Below, in pieces: positions 7,083-16,600 of a stretch of DNA of 32,256 nucleotides. The notes under the pieces are model-generated. The model did no database searches, was not told where the DNA came from, and was given only the letters and a program-made list of their open reading frames with translations. Source of the stretch: a virus (Duplodnaviria; Heunggongvirae; Uroviricota; Caudoviricetes); the IMG/VR virus record IMGVR_UViG_3300028585_000002, positions 79,337 through 111,592 of that record, one strand, 5' to 3'. Made by a program: the position numbers and the translations under genes. Numbering within the stretch: position 1 is the stretch's first letter; every line of letters begins with the position of its first letter.

Positions 7083-7976
7083 ATGCACCCGAAATTCTGG
7101 AAATTCCCTGGCGCGGCATACCGCGATCAAGCAACCGGCGATGAAGGCGGCAAGTCCGCTGGCGGCGCAGGTGGCGCGGCCGAACCGACCGAGGCGGAAA
7201 AGACCGCAGCTGCAGAAGCTGCCGCCGCCAAAGCCGCTGCTGATGCGAAGGCCACGGCCGACGCCGGCAAGCCGACCGACGCGGAAGCGAAGCTGCTCAA
7301 GGAAGTGATGCAGAAGAAGGAAGCCCTGAAGGCAGCCGAGACCGAAGCTGCCACCGCGAAAGCGCGCCTGGCTGAATTCGACGGCGTCGACCCGGCCGAG
7401 ATCAAGAAGCTGCTGGCCGACCGCAAGACGGCAGAAGAAGCGGCCCTGGCCGCCAAGGGTGATTTCGAAACCCTGAAGACCCGCATGGCCGAGGAGCACA
7501 CCAAGGTCACTACCGCGCTGCAGGACCAGGTCAAGGCCCTGACCGAACAGCTGGCCGCCAAGGACCGCGTCGTCGACGAGCTGTCGGTCGGCACCCAGTT
7601 CAGCCAGTCGTCGTTCATCAAGGACGAGACCACCATTCCGCCGACGAAGGCCCGCACCCTGTACGGCGCGCACTTCGACCTGGAAGACGGCAAGGTCGTC
7701 GGCTACGACAAGCCGCGCGGCGCCGCCGGCCGTACGCCGCTGGTGGACCAGCTGGGCAACAGCGTGGCCTTCGAAGACGCGATGCGCAAGATCATCGAAG
7801 CCGATCCGGACAAGGACTCGCTGCTGCGCTCCAAGGTCAAGCCGGGCGCCGGCAGCACCTCGGCAGCACCCGGCAAGGTCGTGACCCCGCCGGCTGCAAA
7901 CCTGAACACCACCTCCAAGATCGCGGCCGGCCTGCAGGGCTTGAACCTGCTGGGCAACGTGAACCAGGTGGCTTAA
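7083..7976 (+). CDS. Capsid scaffolding protein
   Basis: Between portal and MCP; Gly/Ala-rich N-terminus, long coiled coil, C-terminal PDKDSLLRSKVKPGAGS typical of scaffolds. Confidence 0.82.
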   Translation: MHPKFWKFPGAAYRDQATGDEGGKSAGGAGGAAEPTEAEKTAAAEAAAAKAAADAKATADAGKPTDAEAKLLKEVMQKKEALKAAETEAATAKARLAEFDGVDPAEIKKLLADRKTAEEAALAAKGDFETLKTRMAEEHTKVTTALQDQVKALTEQLAAKDRVVDELSVGTQFSQSSFIKDETTIPPTKARTLYGAHFDLEDGKVVGYDKPRGAAGRTPLVDQLGNSVAFEDAMRKIIEADPDKDSLLRSKVKPGAGSTSAAPGKVVTPPAANLNTTSKIAAGLQGLNLLGNVNQVA

Positions 7977-7990
7977 TCTCGACTCCTAAG

Positions 7991-8034
7991 TAAGTCACCG
8001 GTGACTTGACAATGCAGCCAATTTGGGGTATTGT
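7991..8034 (+). promoter_or_regulatory. Operator copy 4 plus promoter for major capsid gene
   Basis: TAAGTCACCGGTGACTTG 7991-8008; TTGACA 8006-8011, 17 bp, TATTGT 8029-8034. Confidence 0.85.
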
Positions 8035-8106
8035 CCTGGCTCATCCGGTGACTAGAGAGACTTAGGCCAGAGATAACTTTTTTCTTTCTTTTCAAGGATC
8101 TAAGAT

Positions 8107-9039
8107 ATGCCTTTGCTGCGCCAAGAAGCCGAGCTGCTGAGTAATAACCAGCTGATCTCCGGCGTCATCGACGAAATCATCGAACGCGACGACCTGTTCG
8201 CCATCCTGCCTTTCCTGAAAACGGATGGCAAGGCGTACGTGTACAACCGCGAAAAAACCCTGGGCGGTGCCGACTGGCTCGACCCGAACGACGCGATCAA
8301 CGAATCGTCCGCTGGCTTCCAGGAAGTCGTGGCCAAGCTGCGCATCCTGGCTGGTGACGTGGACATCGACAAGTTCCTGCAGGCGACCATGAGCGACACC
8401 AACTCGCAGATGGCCGTGCAGATCGCGAAGAAGGCCAAGGCCGTCGCGCGCATGTTCCACCAGACCCTGGCTACCGGCGACTCGTCGGTCAACCCGAAGG
8501 CCTTCGACGGCCTGCCGAAGCTGCTGGCTGAAGCCCAGGACTACGCTGCAACCGCTGGCGGTTCGCAGATCGTGACCGCAGGCGCCAACGGCAACCCGCT
8601 GACCCTGACCATGCTCGACGAGCTGTGCGACGCTGTCCCGAATGGCGCCGACGTGATCGTGATGCGTCGCGGCACCATCCGTGCGTACCGCGCTCTGCTG
8701 CGCGCCACCTACGGCACCGACGCCGTCATGCAACAGCTGGAAAACTTCGGTCGCCCGATGCTGACCCACAACGGCATCCCGGTCATCATGAACGAGTTCC
8801 TGTCGGGCGCCGAGAAGCAGGGCACCAACGAGAACACCGCTTCGGTGTACGCGCTGCGCCTGAACGAATCGGACGGCCTGCACGGTCTGTACGGCGGCGA
8901 CAACGCCGGTATCGTGGTCGAGAACATCGGCACCGTTCAGAACAAGGATGCTACCCGCATCCGCCTGAAGTGGTACACCGGTCTGGCACTGAAATCGACT
9001 CGTTCGATCGCCGGTCTGAAAGGCGTTACCAACATCTAA
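8107..9039 (+). CDS. Major capsid protein (HK97 fold)
   Basis: 310 aa after the scaffold; GKAYVYNRE, GDVDID, AFDGLPKL and GIPVIMNEF motifs; strongly biased codons; AAGGA RBS. Confidence 0.9.
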   Translation: MPLLRQEAELLSNNQLISGVIDEIIERDDLFAILPFLKTDGKAYVYNREKTLGGADWLDPNDAINESSAGFQEVVAKLRILAGDVDIDKFLQATMSDTNSQMAVQIAKKAKAVARMFHQTLATGDSSVNPKAFDGLPKLLAEAQDYAATAGGSQIVTAGANGNPLTLTMLDELCDAVPNGADVIVMRRGTIRAYRALLRATYGTDAVMQQLENFGRPMLTHNGIPVIMNEFLSGAEKQGTNENTASVYALRLNESDGLHGLYGGDNAGIVVENIGTVQNKDATRIRLKWYTGLALKSTRSIAGLKGVTNI

Positions 9040-9042
9040 TCC

Positions 9043-9071
9043 TTGTGACTCAGTCACCGGTGACTTAGAAT
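9043..9071 (+). promoter_or_regulatory. Operator copy 5 plus promoter for head-completion genes
   Basis: TTGTGA 9043-9048, 17 bp, TAGAAT 9066-9071; operator TCAGTCACCGGTGACTTA 9050-9067; extra overlapping inverted half-site GTGACT-C-AGTCAC 9045-9057. Confidence 0.8.
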
Positions 9072-9073
9072 AG

Positions 9074-9100
9074 AAAGGCGGGCTTCGGTCCGCCTTTTTT
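9074..9100 (+). terminator. Intrinsic terminator after the MCP gene and the copy-5 promoter
   Basis: AAAGGCGGGC-TTCG-GTCCGCC-TTTTTT, a UUCG tetraloop hairpin with a 6-T tail. Confidence 0.85.
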
Positions 9101-9121
9101 ACATCTTGCAAAAGGAAAACC

Positions 9122-9577
9122 ATGAAGCTGCGATTGACCCAACCCGGATATGAAACCTTCACCGGCCAGATGGGCACGGTATTTTTCGAAGAAGGCCTGT
9201 CCACCGCGAACGTGAAGCCGAGCGACGCCGTGCGCATGGCCGCCCAGTTCCTGTGCGAGTGGGAAGACGGCTCGGCCGCCTCCGTTGCCCAGTCGATTCT
9301 GGACCACGCCCACGCAACCACCAATTCGATCCCTGCCGCGATCAATGCCGACCAGGCGCTGGCCACTCAGCGCGCGGAAGCATCGCAGCTGGCCGGTCAC
9401 GTCCACCAGCCTGACGGCACCGCGGCGCCGGCGCACCGCTACACCGAAGACGAGCTGTCGGCGATCGCTGACGAACGCGGCATCAAGGGCCTGCGCTCCA
9501 TCGCCGAGCCGCTGGGCGTGAAGGGTAACTCGATCTCGGAAATGATCCGCGCGATCCTGGGTAAGCAGGGGGTCTAA
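9122..9577 (+). CDS. Hypothetical virion-associated protein with a C-terminal helix-extension-helix-like motif
   Basis: 151 aa, AAGGA RBS; C-terminal YTEDELSAIADERGIKGLRSIAEPLGVKGNSISEMIRAIL resembles Rho-N/HeH-like repeats common after MCP genes. Confidence 0.7.
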   Translation: MKLRLTQPGYETFTGQMGTVFFEEGLSTANVKPSDAVRMAAQFLCEWEDGSAASVAQSILDHAHATTNSIPAAINADQALATQRAEASQLAGHVHQPDGTAAPAHRYTEDELSAIADERGIKGLRSIAEPLGVKGNSISEMIRAILGKQGV

Positions 9578-10422
9578 TGGACATGTTTTCCGCAGGCTCC
9601 CCGGTGCTGATGGAAGTGCTGCTGCAGGATAAGAGCGGCAACCCCCTGAACGTAACGGCGGTGTCGTATCGCATCACCGACCAGGACGGCGCTGAACTCG
9701 TCGCCCTGACCGCGCTGGACGCCTTCGTGGCCGGCGCCGAGACCGCGGACATCACCGTGCCTGCGGAAGACAACCAGCTCGAGCCTGGTGTGGCGCGCGC
9801 GCTGCGCAACATCGAGCTGAGCTGCACCCTCGGCAACACCAACCAGATCACCCTGCACGCGCCGTACGTGATCCAGGTGGCTGACCCGCTGGTGGTTGGC
9901 ACCAACTCGTTCACCAGCTTCGCCAAGGCCGAATTCACGGCCCTGTCGATCCCGAACCTGACGGCCTGGGCCGCCGCGTCCGAGGACGAGAAGATCGCCG
10001 CCCTGATCGACGCGCGCGCCCACATCGTCCAGCTCTCGTTCGCGCCGCTCAACTCCAACGTCAACTGGGGCCAGGACAGCCTGAACTACATCCCGGAGGG
10101 CGCCTACGACACCGATTACGTCGGCAACAGCAACATGTTCCTGTTCAATGGGAACCTGGACCTGCTGCGCCCGAGCCAGTTCGCGGCGCTGCCAACGCGC
10201 TTCGTCGATGCGCTGGTCAAGGCACAGGTGGCCGAGGCCGACTACATCCTGGGCGGTGGCGACATCGAGAAGAAGCGCCAGGAGGGTCTGGTCATGGACA
10301 ACATCGGCGAGTCGCGCCAGAGCTTCCGCCAGAGCAAGCCCCTGCAGCTGCCGGTCTCGCGCCGCGCGCTGGCGTACCTGTCCTACTTCGTCACCTTCGC
10401 CAAGCGGATCGGACGCACCTGA
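9577..10422 (+). CDS. Head-tail adaptor / head completion protein with an N-terminal beta-sandwich-like extension
   Basis: 281 aa; C-terminal half EDEKIAALIDA...ALVKAQVAEADYIL...GESRQSF fits gp15/gp6-like adaptors by motif and position. Confidence 0.6.
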   Translation: MDMFSAGSPVLMEVLLQDKSGNPLNVTAVSYRITDQDGAELVALTALDAFVAGAETADITVPAEDNQLEPGVARALRNIELSCTLGNTNQITLHAPYVIQVADPLVVGTNSFTSFAKAEFTALSIPNLTAWAAASEDEKIAALIDARAHIVQLSFAPLNSNVNWGQDSLNYIPEGAYDTDYVGNSNMFLFNGNLDLLRPSQFAALPTRFVDALVKAQVAEADYILGGGDIEKKRQEGLVMDNIGESRQSFRQSKPLQLPVSRRALAYLSYFVTFAKRIGRT

Positions 10423-11063
10423 TGGAACACGATCGCTACACCCAGACGATCCGGGCCGAGTACGAGGCATTCACTGCGCGCCTGTCGGCTCAATACCTGA
10501 CGGTGGCAGGCAACGGCATGGACGCTGTGGCCAGCTTCCGCCTGGCCGGGCTGGGCATGATCAGCGCGCTGCTGGGGCGCGCCATCGCGCTGACCAACGA
10601 CTACCTCGCCCCGCTGGGCGGTGGCGTCGTCCGGGACGCGCGTGAGCTGCCCTGGCTCGACCAGCTGCGACAGATCGCAATCAAGAACCTGAATGACCTG
10701 ATCGTCAAGCTGATGGGCGGCGGGCTGCGCCAGGCTGACATGCTCAACCGCCCGGCCGGCGCCTTCGGTGCGCTCCTGCAGAAGAAGCTCGAGGCGCCGC
10801 GCCTGACCGTGCGGGACCGCGCCGGCCGTGCCTGGAAGGCTGACGCCCTCGTGGCCGGCTATGCGCGTGACTTTGCCTACCAGGCCTACCTGGACGCGCA
10901 GATCGCGCGCCTGAAGGAGGAGGGCGCCCAGGTGGCGACGATCGTCTACCCGGACCCAACCCACCGCAACCACGGCATGCAGGTGAACCTGGCCGACATC
11001 GACCAGGTCCGCAAGACGATCTTCCACCCAAATTCCAACGCTCGACTGGTGGCCCATGTTTAA
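10422..11063 (+). CDS. Putative head morphogenesis / minor capsid protein (degenerate gpF/gp7-like)
   Basis: DRAGRAWKAD and terminal FHPNSNARL resemble the GR.W and HPNCRC motifs of minor head proteins. Confidence 0.45.
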   Translation: MEHDRYTQTIRAEYEAFTARLSAQYLTVAGNGMDAVASFRLAGLGMISALLGRAIALTNDYLAPLGGGVVRDARELPWLDQLRQIAIKNLNDLIVKLMGGGLRQADMLNRPAGAFGALLQKKLEAPRLTVRDRAGRAWKADALVAGYARDFAYQAYLDAQIARLKEEGAQVATIVYPDPTHRNHGMQVNLADIDQVRKTIFHPNSNARLVAHV

Positions 11064-11406
11064 ACCGAATCTCCGCTGCCGGATCCAGATTTCGTCCGGC
11101 CAGAACGACGTGTACGGCCAGCCGATCCCCGGCCGTTTCGTCAACGAGCGCTGCGCCGTGGTCAAGATGGAAATCTCCAACGAGAAGACCTCGGTGCGCG
11201 CCGACAGCTCCGCCTCGCGCGGCAATGCGGTCGAGGAGGAAGTGGTCTCGATCATCCTGCTGACCAACAAGACCCGCGCCAACAAGGACGACATCATCGA
11301 GGTCGCCGGCGTGAAGCTGCGCATCGCCGCGCGCCACCCGCGCTTCGACGTTGCCGGCCGCCTGGACCACTACGAGGTCAGCGCAACCATGTGGAGTGAA
11401 GTATGA
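11056..11406 (+). CDS. Head closure / head-tail joining protein
   Basis: 116 aa, beta-rich, NDVYGQP...DDIIEVAGVKLRI...GRLDHYEV, in the neck position. Confidence 0.65.
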   Translation: MFKPNLRCRIQISSGQNDVYGQPIPGRFVNERCAVVKMEISNEKTSVRADSSASRGNAVEEEVVSIILLTNKTRANKDDIIEVAGVKLRIAARHPRFDVAGRLDHYEVSATMWSEV

Positions 11407-11792
11407 ACGTAATGCCCCTGGTGAACCGCCTGGAGACGCTGAAGCTGGGCGTCAAGGGCAAGAGCCTGTTCGTCAACATGCTGCCAGCCGAGGCCCGCCA
11501 GGCGGTGCTGGTGCGCAGTCCGCTCAACGGCACGCCGATCAATTACGAGCTGCCCGGCTACTACCGGGCCGGCTTCACCGTGATCGTGCGCACACCGGCG
11601 GCCGAGTACGAGAAGGGCCTGGCCCTCATGAAGAAGGTGACGACGGCGCTGACGGTCGACAACCTGCAGGTCGAGGAGCAGTTCTTCAACTACGTGCGCC
11701 CGCGGACCCAGCCGGTGGTATTCCCGCTCTCGGCCGGCAACCTGCTGGAAATCTCGGCCCAGTTCGACGCGAACTACGTGGAGCAGGCGTAA
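11403..11792 (+). CDS. Tail terminator-like neck protein
   Basis: 129 aa; LFVNMLP...FTVIVR...YEKG...F pattern typical of tail terminator / gp17-like proteins; position in the neck cluster. Confidence 0.6.
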   Translation: MNVMPLVNRLETLKLGVKGKSLFVNMLPAEARQAVLVRSPLNGTPINYELPGYYRAGFTVIVRTPAAEYEKGLALMKKVTTALTVDNLQVEEQFFNYVRPRTQPVVFPLSAGNLLEISAQFDANYVEQA

Positions 11793-12265
11793 TGGGCGTG
11801 CGCGTCAGCGGCGCCATCGGGGTCAGCAACATGCTGCTGCGCCTGGACACCACCGCCAAGCGACGCGTGCTGCGTGAGCTGTACGCCCAGGCCTACCGCA
11901 CGCGCGACCTGGCCAGGAAGTTCGCCCCGCGTGACGTGGGCAACCTCGAGGAGGCCATCAAGGTGCGCCCGGAGCAGCAAGGTCCCATGCGTGACGAGGC
12001 CGGCCGGTTCGCGCGCCAGGAGATCGAGGTCTACATCGACATGGAAATGCCGGTGCCCGAGCGCCCCAGCAAGACGATCGGCGACTACGCCTACGAGATC
12101 CACGAGCACCTGTTTCCGTACGGCCCATGGCAACTGGGTGAGAACTCTGTGGCCAAGCAGCAGGGCCAAAGCGAGCAGGTGGGCGGCGGCTTCCTCGAGC
12201 GCGCGGCCGAGCAGATCGAAGGACAGCTCGAAAAAGTTCTTCTGGACATACTGCGAGACTTGTAG
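11792..12265 (+). CDS. HK97 gp10-like tail completion protein, 157 aa
   Basis: ARKFAPRDVGNLEEAI (AP.D.G.L...I motif), YAYEIHE, FLERA. Start at ATG 11792 overlapping the upstream TAA. Confidence 0.75.
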   Translation: MGVRVSGAIGVSNMLLRLDTTAKRRVLRELYAQAYRTRDLARKFAPRDVGNLEEAIKVRPEQQGPMRDEAGRFARQEIEVYIDMEMPVPERPSKTIGDYAYEIHEHLFPYGPWQLGENSVAKQQGQSEQVGGGFLERAAEQIEGQLEKVLLDILRDL

Positions 12266-12268
12266 TAG

Positions 12269-12321
12269 TGGCCAAGCCACATCTTTTGTGGTATAGTCCG
12301 CGCTCAGTCATCAGTGACTTA
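12269..12321 (+). promoter_or_regulatory. Extended -10 promoter for tail tube gene with operator copy 6 at about +1 to +18
   Basis: TGGCCA 12269-12274, 17 bp, TGnTATAGT (-10 at 12292-12297); operator TCAGTCATCAGTGACTTA 12304-12321. Confidence 0.75.
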
Positions 12322-12346
12322 TCTCTCTTTGCAAAGGAGTTTTTGA

Positions 12347-12883
12347 ATGGCAAGTGATACCAAAAACGTCAAACTGGGCGTTTGCAAGGTCTTCTTCAAT
12401 GGACAAGACCTCGGCTACACCCAAGGCGGCGTTGACGTGTCGGTGAAGACCGACACCCACCCAGTCAACGTCGACCAGTTCGGCAAGACCACGATCAACG
12501 AATACATCATGGGCCGCACCGTGACCGCGAAGGTTCCGCTGGCGGAAACCACGCTGGAGAACATGGTGCGAATCATGCCTGGCTCGGTCCTGATGGACGA
12601 CGAGACCGACCCTTCCAAGAAGTTCGTGGAAGTGACCACCGGCATCGGCACCGACCTGCTGTCGATTGCACGCGAGCTGCGCCTGCACCCGGTCAGCCTG
12701 GGAGACGGCGACTTCTCGGAAGACTTCGTGATCCCGCTGACGGCGACCGCCGGCGCGCTGGACTTCGCGTACAAGCTGGAAAACGAGCGCATCTTCAACG
12801 TGGACTTCACCGGCTACCCGGACCCGGTCACCAACAAGCTGTTCTACGTCGGCAAGCGCCCACCAGCGTCGTACCCGGATTAA
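12347..12883 (+). CDS. Major tail tube protein (siphovirus)
   Basis: 178 aa; VKLGVCKVFFNGQDLGYTQGGV and NERIFNVDFTGYPD motifs; AAGGAG RBS. Confidence 0.88.
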   Translation: MASDTKNVKLGVCKVFFNGQDLGYTQGGVDVSVKTDTHPVNVDQFGKTTINEYIMGRTVTAKVPLAETTLENMVRIMPGSVLMDDETDPSKKFVEVTTGIGTDLLSIARELRLHPVSLGDGDFSEDFVIPLTATAGALDFAYKLENERIFNVDFTGYPDPVTNKLFYVGKRPPASYPD

Positions 12884-12890
12884 CTCCGGC

Positions 12891-12919
12891 TTGCAGCTAA
12901 GTCACCAGTGACTTAGAAT
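12891..12919 (+). promoter_or_regulatory. Operator copy 7 plus promoter for tail chaperones / tape measure
   Basis: TTGCAG 12891-12896, 17 bp, TAGAAT 12914-12919; operator TAAGTCACCAGTGACTTA 12898-12915. Confidence 0.82.
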
Positions 12920-12937
12920 AGGCGTAACCCAACCCCC

Positions 12938-12967
12938 AGGCCCGCTGCTTCAAGCGGGCCTACTTTT
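12938..12967 (+). terminator. Terminator-like hairpin in the tail chaperone leader
   Basis: AGGCCCGCT-GCTTCA-AGCGGGCCT followed by ACTTTT, a strong stem with a weak U-tract. Confidence 0.6.
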
Positions 12968-12985
12968 ACCTGCGAGGAATACACC

Positions 12986-13309
12986 ATGAAGATCCTGAAC
13001 CTGGACAAGCTGAACAAGGCACCGGAACGCCAACTGACCATTGACGGCGTCGACCATCCGATCCAACCGCTGTCCGTCGAGGGCTTCATCGAGACCACGC
13101 GCGCCGTGGAGAAGATCATCGCCGAAGGCGGCAGCCCTGCAGATCAGCTGGAAGTAACCATCGACATGATCCTGCGCCAAGTGCCGACCCTGGCGCGCGA
13201 AAAGCTGACCCAATACGCCCCCGAAACCCTGGAAGTGATCGTCAAGTTCATCCGTGGTGACGACGTGGAAGGCGCCGAACAGGCCGCCGAAGACGCAGCG
13301 GGAAAGTAG
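12986..13309 (+). CDS. Tail assembly chaperone (lambda gpG-like)
   Basis: 107 aa between tail tube and tape measure; ends at G-GGA-AAG-TAG. Confidence 0.85.
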   Translation: MKILNLDKLNKAPERQLTIDGVDHPIQPLSVEGFIETTRAVEKIIAEGGSPADQLEVTIDMILRQVPTLAREKLTQYAPETLEVIVKFIRGDDVEGAEQAAEDAAGK

Positions 13310-13668
13310 ACGACCCGCAGGTGGAAGAACTCGACTTCGGGTTCTTCTTCTGTCGGGTCTGCCACTTCTATTCCACCGGCTTTGAGCAGGCGATGCGCTT
13401 GCCGCTCAAGACGTTCTGGCTGATGTCATCGAACATCGACCGGATCGAAGCCAAGAAAGACATGCGCGCCATAACAGTCGCCCAGATGGCCCAGGCGACA
13501 CCTGATGGTGTGCAGAAATTCCGCGATGCGCTGGTAATCGAGGCAGGGGAGATCGTCAAGCTCGACGGCACCCAGAACGACCCACGCAAGGCGAAGCGCG
13601 ACGAAGCCGGCTTTGCGGACCTTAAACGCATGGCTGGAGAGGGCATCGGATCACAACGAACGAGGTAA
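13300..13668 (+). CDS. Frameshifted tail chaperone extension (gpT-like); full G-T product 12986-13668, about 227 aa
   Basis: Slippery heptamer GGGAAAG at 13300-13306. The -1 frame (GTA GAC GAC CCG CAG GTG GAA...) is open into the 13321-13668 ORF. Confidence 0.85.
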   Translation, partial: GKVDDPQVEELDFGFFFCRVCHFYSTGFEQAMRLPLKTFWLMSSNIDRIEAKKDMRAITVAQMAQATPDGVQKFRDALVIEAGEIVKLDGTQNDPRKAKRDEAGFADLKRMAGEGIGSQRTR

Positions 13669-13671
13669 GGC

Positions 13672-16600
13672 ATGGTAGGTAAGGAAATCAAGGTCACACT
13701 GTCCCTGGACGACAGTGGCTTTTCGATCAAGACGAAGGTTGCCGGCGATGGCGTGCGCAACCTGGAGAAGAACCTTGGCGGCCTTACCAGCCAGGTCAAC
13801 AAGACCGAGTCTGCGCTCGCCAACGCCAGTGGGTCCGTCAAGGGCTTCGCTGACGGTTTCGGCACGCTGCAGAAGTCGCTCGCCGCGTCCGTCGCGACCC
13901 TGACGAACACCGTCGCGGGCAGCTTCAACCAGCTCTCGACCCAGAGCAAGCAGGCGACCAAGCAGATCAAGGACGAGGCGACTGCCGCGATCGACGCCAA
14001 GGTGCGCATGCTCAAGGCCGAGATCGACACGAACCGCCAGCTCCTGCAGCAGCGCGGCAAGATGCATGCGGACATGCGCAAGGTCGAGTCCGATGCCAAC
14101 GCCAAGGCGCTCGCCCTGGAGCTGGAGGCAGAGAAGCTGCGCCGCAGCAAGAAGGCCGGCTCGGGCCTGGCTGCCGCCGGCAAGGACGAGGAAGCCGCGC
14201 GCTACCGCGCCAGCGCCGAAGCCATCAAGGCCCAGGTTGCGGCCGTCGAACAGTCCATCAACGCCACTCGCACCGAGCAAGCTACCCGCAACTCCCTGAT
14301 CGCCTCGCTCGAGGCCGAGCGCGTCGCAACCATGGCCAGCGCCCAGGCCAAGCGCCAGCTCGCCTCGGTGTCGGCAGCGGTGGCCAAGTCGAACAACGCC
14401 GAGATCACCCGTATCCGCGCCATGGCCGCGCAGCGCGACGCCGCGTCGGCAGCGCAAGAGAAGCGCTCGGCCGAAGAAATGGCCAAGTACAAGAAGCAGC
14501 TGGCCGACCAGGAAGTCCGTGACGCGCGCCGCGCGGAAGCTGAGCGCACCGCTGCCGCCCGCGAAGCGGCCGCCGAGCGCCGCCGTATCGCCGCTGAAGA
14601 AGCGCGCGCGGCCCGCGCCGAGGCAAAGGCCATTGCCGACATGTGGAAGGGCATGGCGCAGATGTACGCCGGCTCCAAGATCCGCCAGGGTCTGAACAGC
14701 TCGGTCGACAACGCCGACGACAGCGAGCGCGCACGCATCATGCTGCAGTCGCTGAACCTGCCGAAGTCGGAGGAGCAGCTGCTGCTGAACAAGTCCCGGC
14801 AGATGAGCGAGGACATGCGCTTCCTGTCGACGACGGACGTGGTGAAGTCGCAAATGTCGGCGATCTCGTCGCTCGGCTACAACCACGCCGACGTGATTGA
14901 CGACACGTTGCCGACGGCAATGAAGGCGGCCAACAACATGGAGCTGCTGGGCTTTGGCCACGGCGACATGCAGTCCACCTTGCGCAACATTTACGGCGTT
15001 GCCGAGATGCGCCAGCAGACCAACGACTCGGCAGCCATGCTCAAGACGTTCGACCTGCTGAACAAGTCGCTGATCGGCACCGCCGGCAAGGTCACGCTGG
15101 CCGACGTTGAAACCGTGTTGCGCCGCATCGGCGCCGGCGCGTCGACTATGTCGGACAAGGGCCTGATCAACATGGTCGGCCTGGCTGACCAATTCAAGGT
15201 CGCGGGCGGTGACGGCGGCAACGGCGGTGGCGTGTCCACCGTGGGCACCATCGTCAAGATGATGCAGGCGTACGCCACCGGTAAGGGCAAGAGCAACGAG
15301 GCGGTCAAGGAATTCGCCGGCGCCGGCATCCTGGACGAAAAAGGCCTGGACCTGACCAAGGACGACGGCGCCATCTTCAAGGAAGCCAAGCGCGGCAGCT
15401 TCAAGAATGCCGACGAGTGGCTGAAAGACCCGGTCAAGGCGATGCAGGACATGATCCCGCAGATCGTCGCCCACACGCGCAAGGAGCAGAACAAGAATAA
15501 GTTCTACCAGGGGCGCGACGACAGCGAAGTGTCGAACCAGATGCTGGCCGTGGTCCAGTACCTGCAACGCCTGGGCATCACCCAGTCCGCTTCGCAAGCG
15601 GTCGTGTCGGTCGGCGCGCCGGCGGCGGCTGAGCGTCTGCATCACCAGGCCGATACCATCAGCAAGGCTGACACCGTCGACGAGACGGCGCTGCGCCTGC
15701 AGGAGAGCTTCGCCGGCAAGATGCAGGAAGTGTCGGCCCAGTGGACCAACTTCAAGACCATCGTCGGCGACTCGGTGCTGCCGGTGCTCAAGACGGTGCT
15801 CGAGTACGCCAGCAAGCTCGTCATCGAGATCCGCAACTTCACCCAGAATAACCCGCTGGCGACCACGATCAGCACCATCATCGCCGCATTTGGCGGCGTG
15901 ATCCTGTCGGTGCAGGGCTTCCTGTCCCTGTTCGGTTCGTCCGGCCTCATGGGCGCGATCCGCACCTTCATTGGCCTGGCTCCGGCAGCCGGCGCCAGCG
16001 CGGGCCTGATCGGCACCGCTCTCTCGGGCCTGGGCAAGGCGTTCAAGGTCGTGGCCCTGCTGATGCTCGCCTGGAACGTGGGCACTATGATCGGCGGCTG
16101 GGTCTCCACGTTCGAACTGGGAGGCATCACCATCGCCCAGCACGTCCAGAACATGTTCACCAAGATCGAGACCGGCTACAAGAAGCTGCTGCTCTCGACC
16201 GAGGAATGGGCGAACAAGGCGAAGAACTTCCTGCGCATCGACAGCGACGAGGAGACCGCGAAAAAGCAGGCCGACATCGAAGCGCGCCGCAAGTCCCTGG
16301 CCGAATACGAGCGCATGATGCTCATCACGCCGGAGGACAACAAGCCGAAGCCGAAGAAGCCGCTGTCGAAGTCGACCGCGCCAACCATTGGCGAGGCAAA
16401 GCCGATCAACGAGGACTTCGCCAAGCGTATGGCCAACGCTGCCGGCGCGGGCAAGGGTGCCCGTCCTGAGCGCGACCCGCTGCTCAAGGCGCTGGGCGAA
16501 GAACAAGGTCGCATGAACGCGGCCAAGACCAAGCTCGACGCGCTGGTGGCCGGCGGCGAGACCCTGGAGTCGCTGCGTCAGCAGGCGATCGACCTGGTGC

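Noticed and set aside
8038-8054. GCTCATCCGGTGACTA as an eleventh operator
   Set aside because: Only the right half (GGTGACT) matches and the left arm is out of register; at most a half-site.
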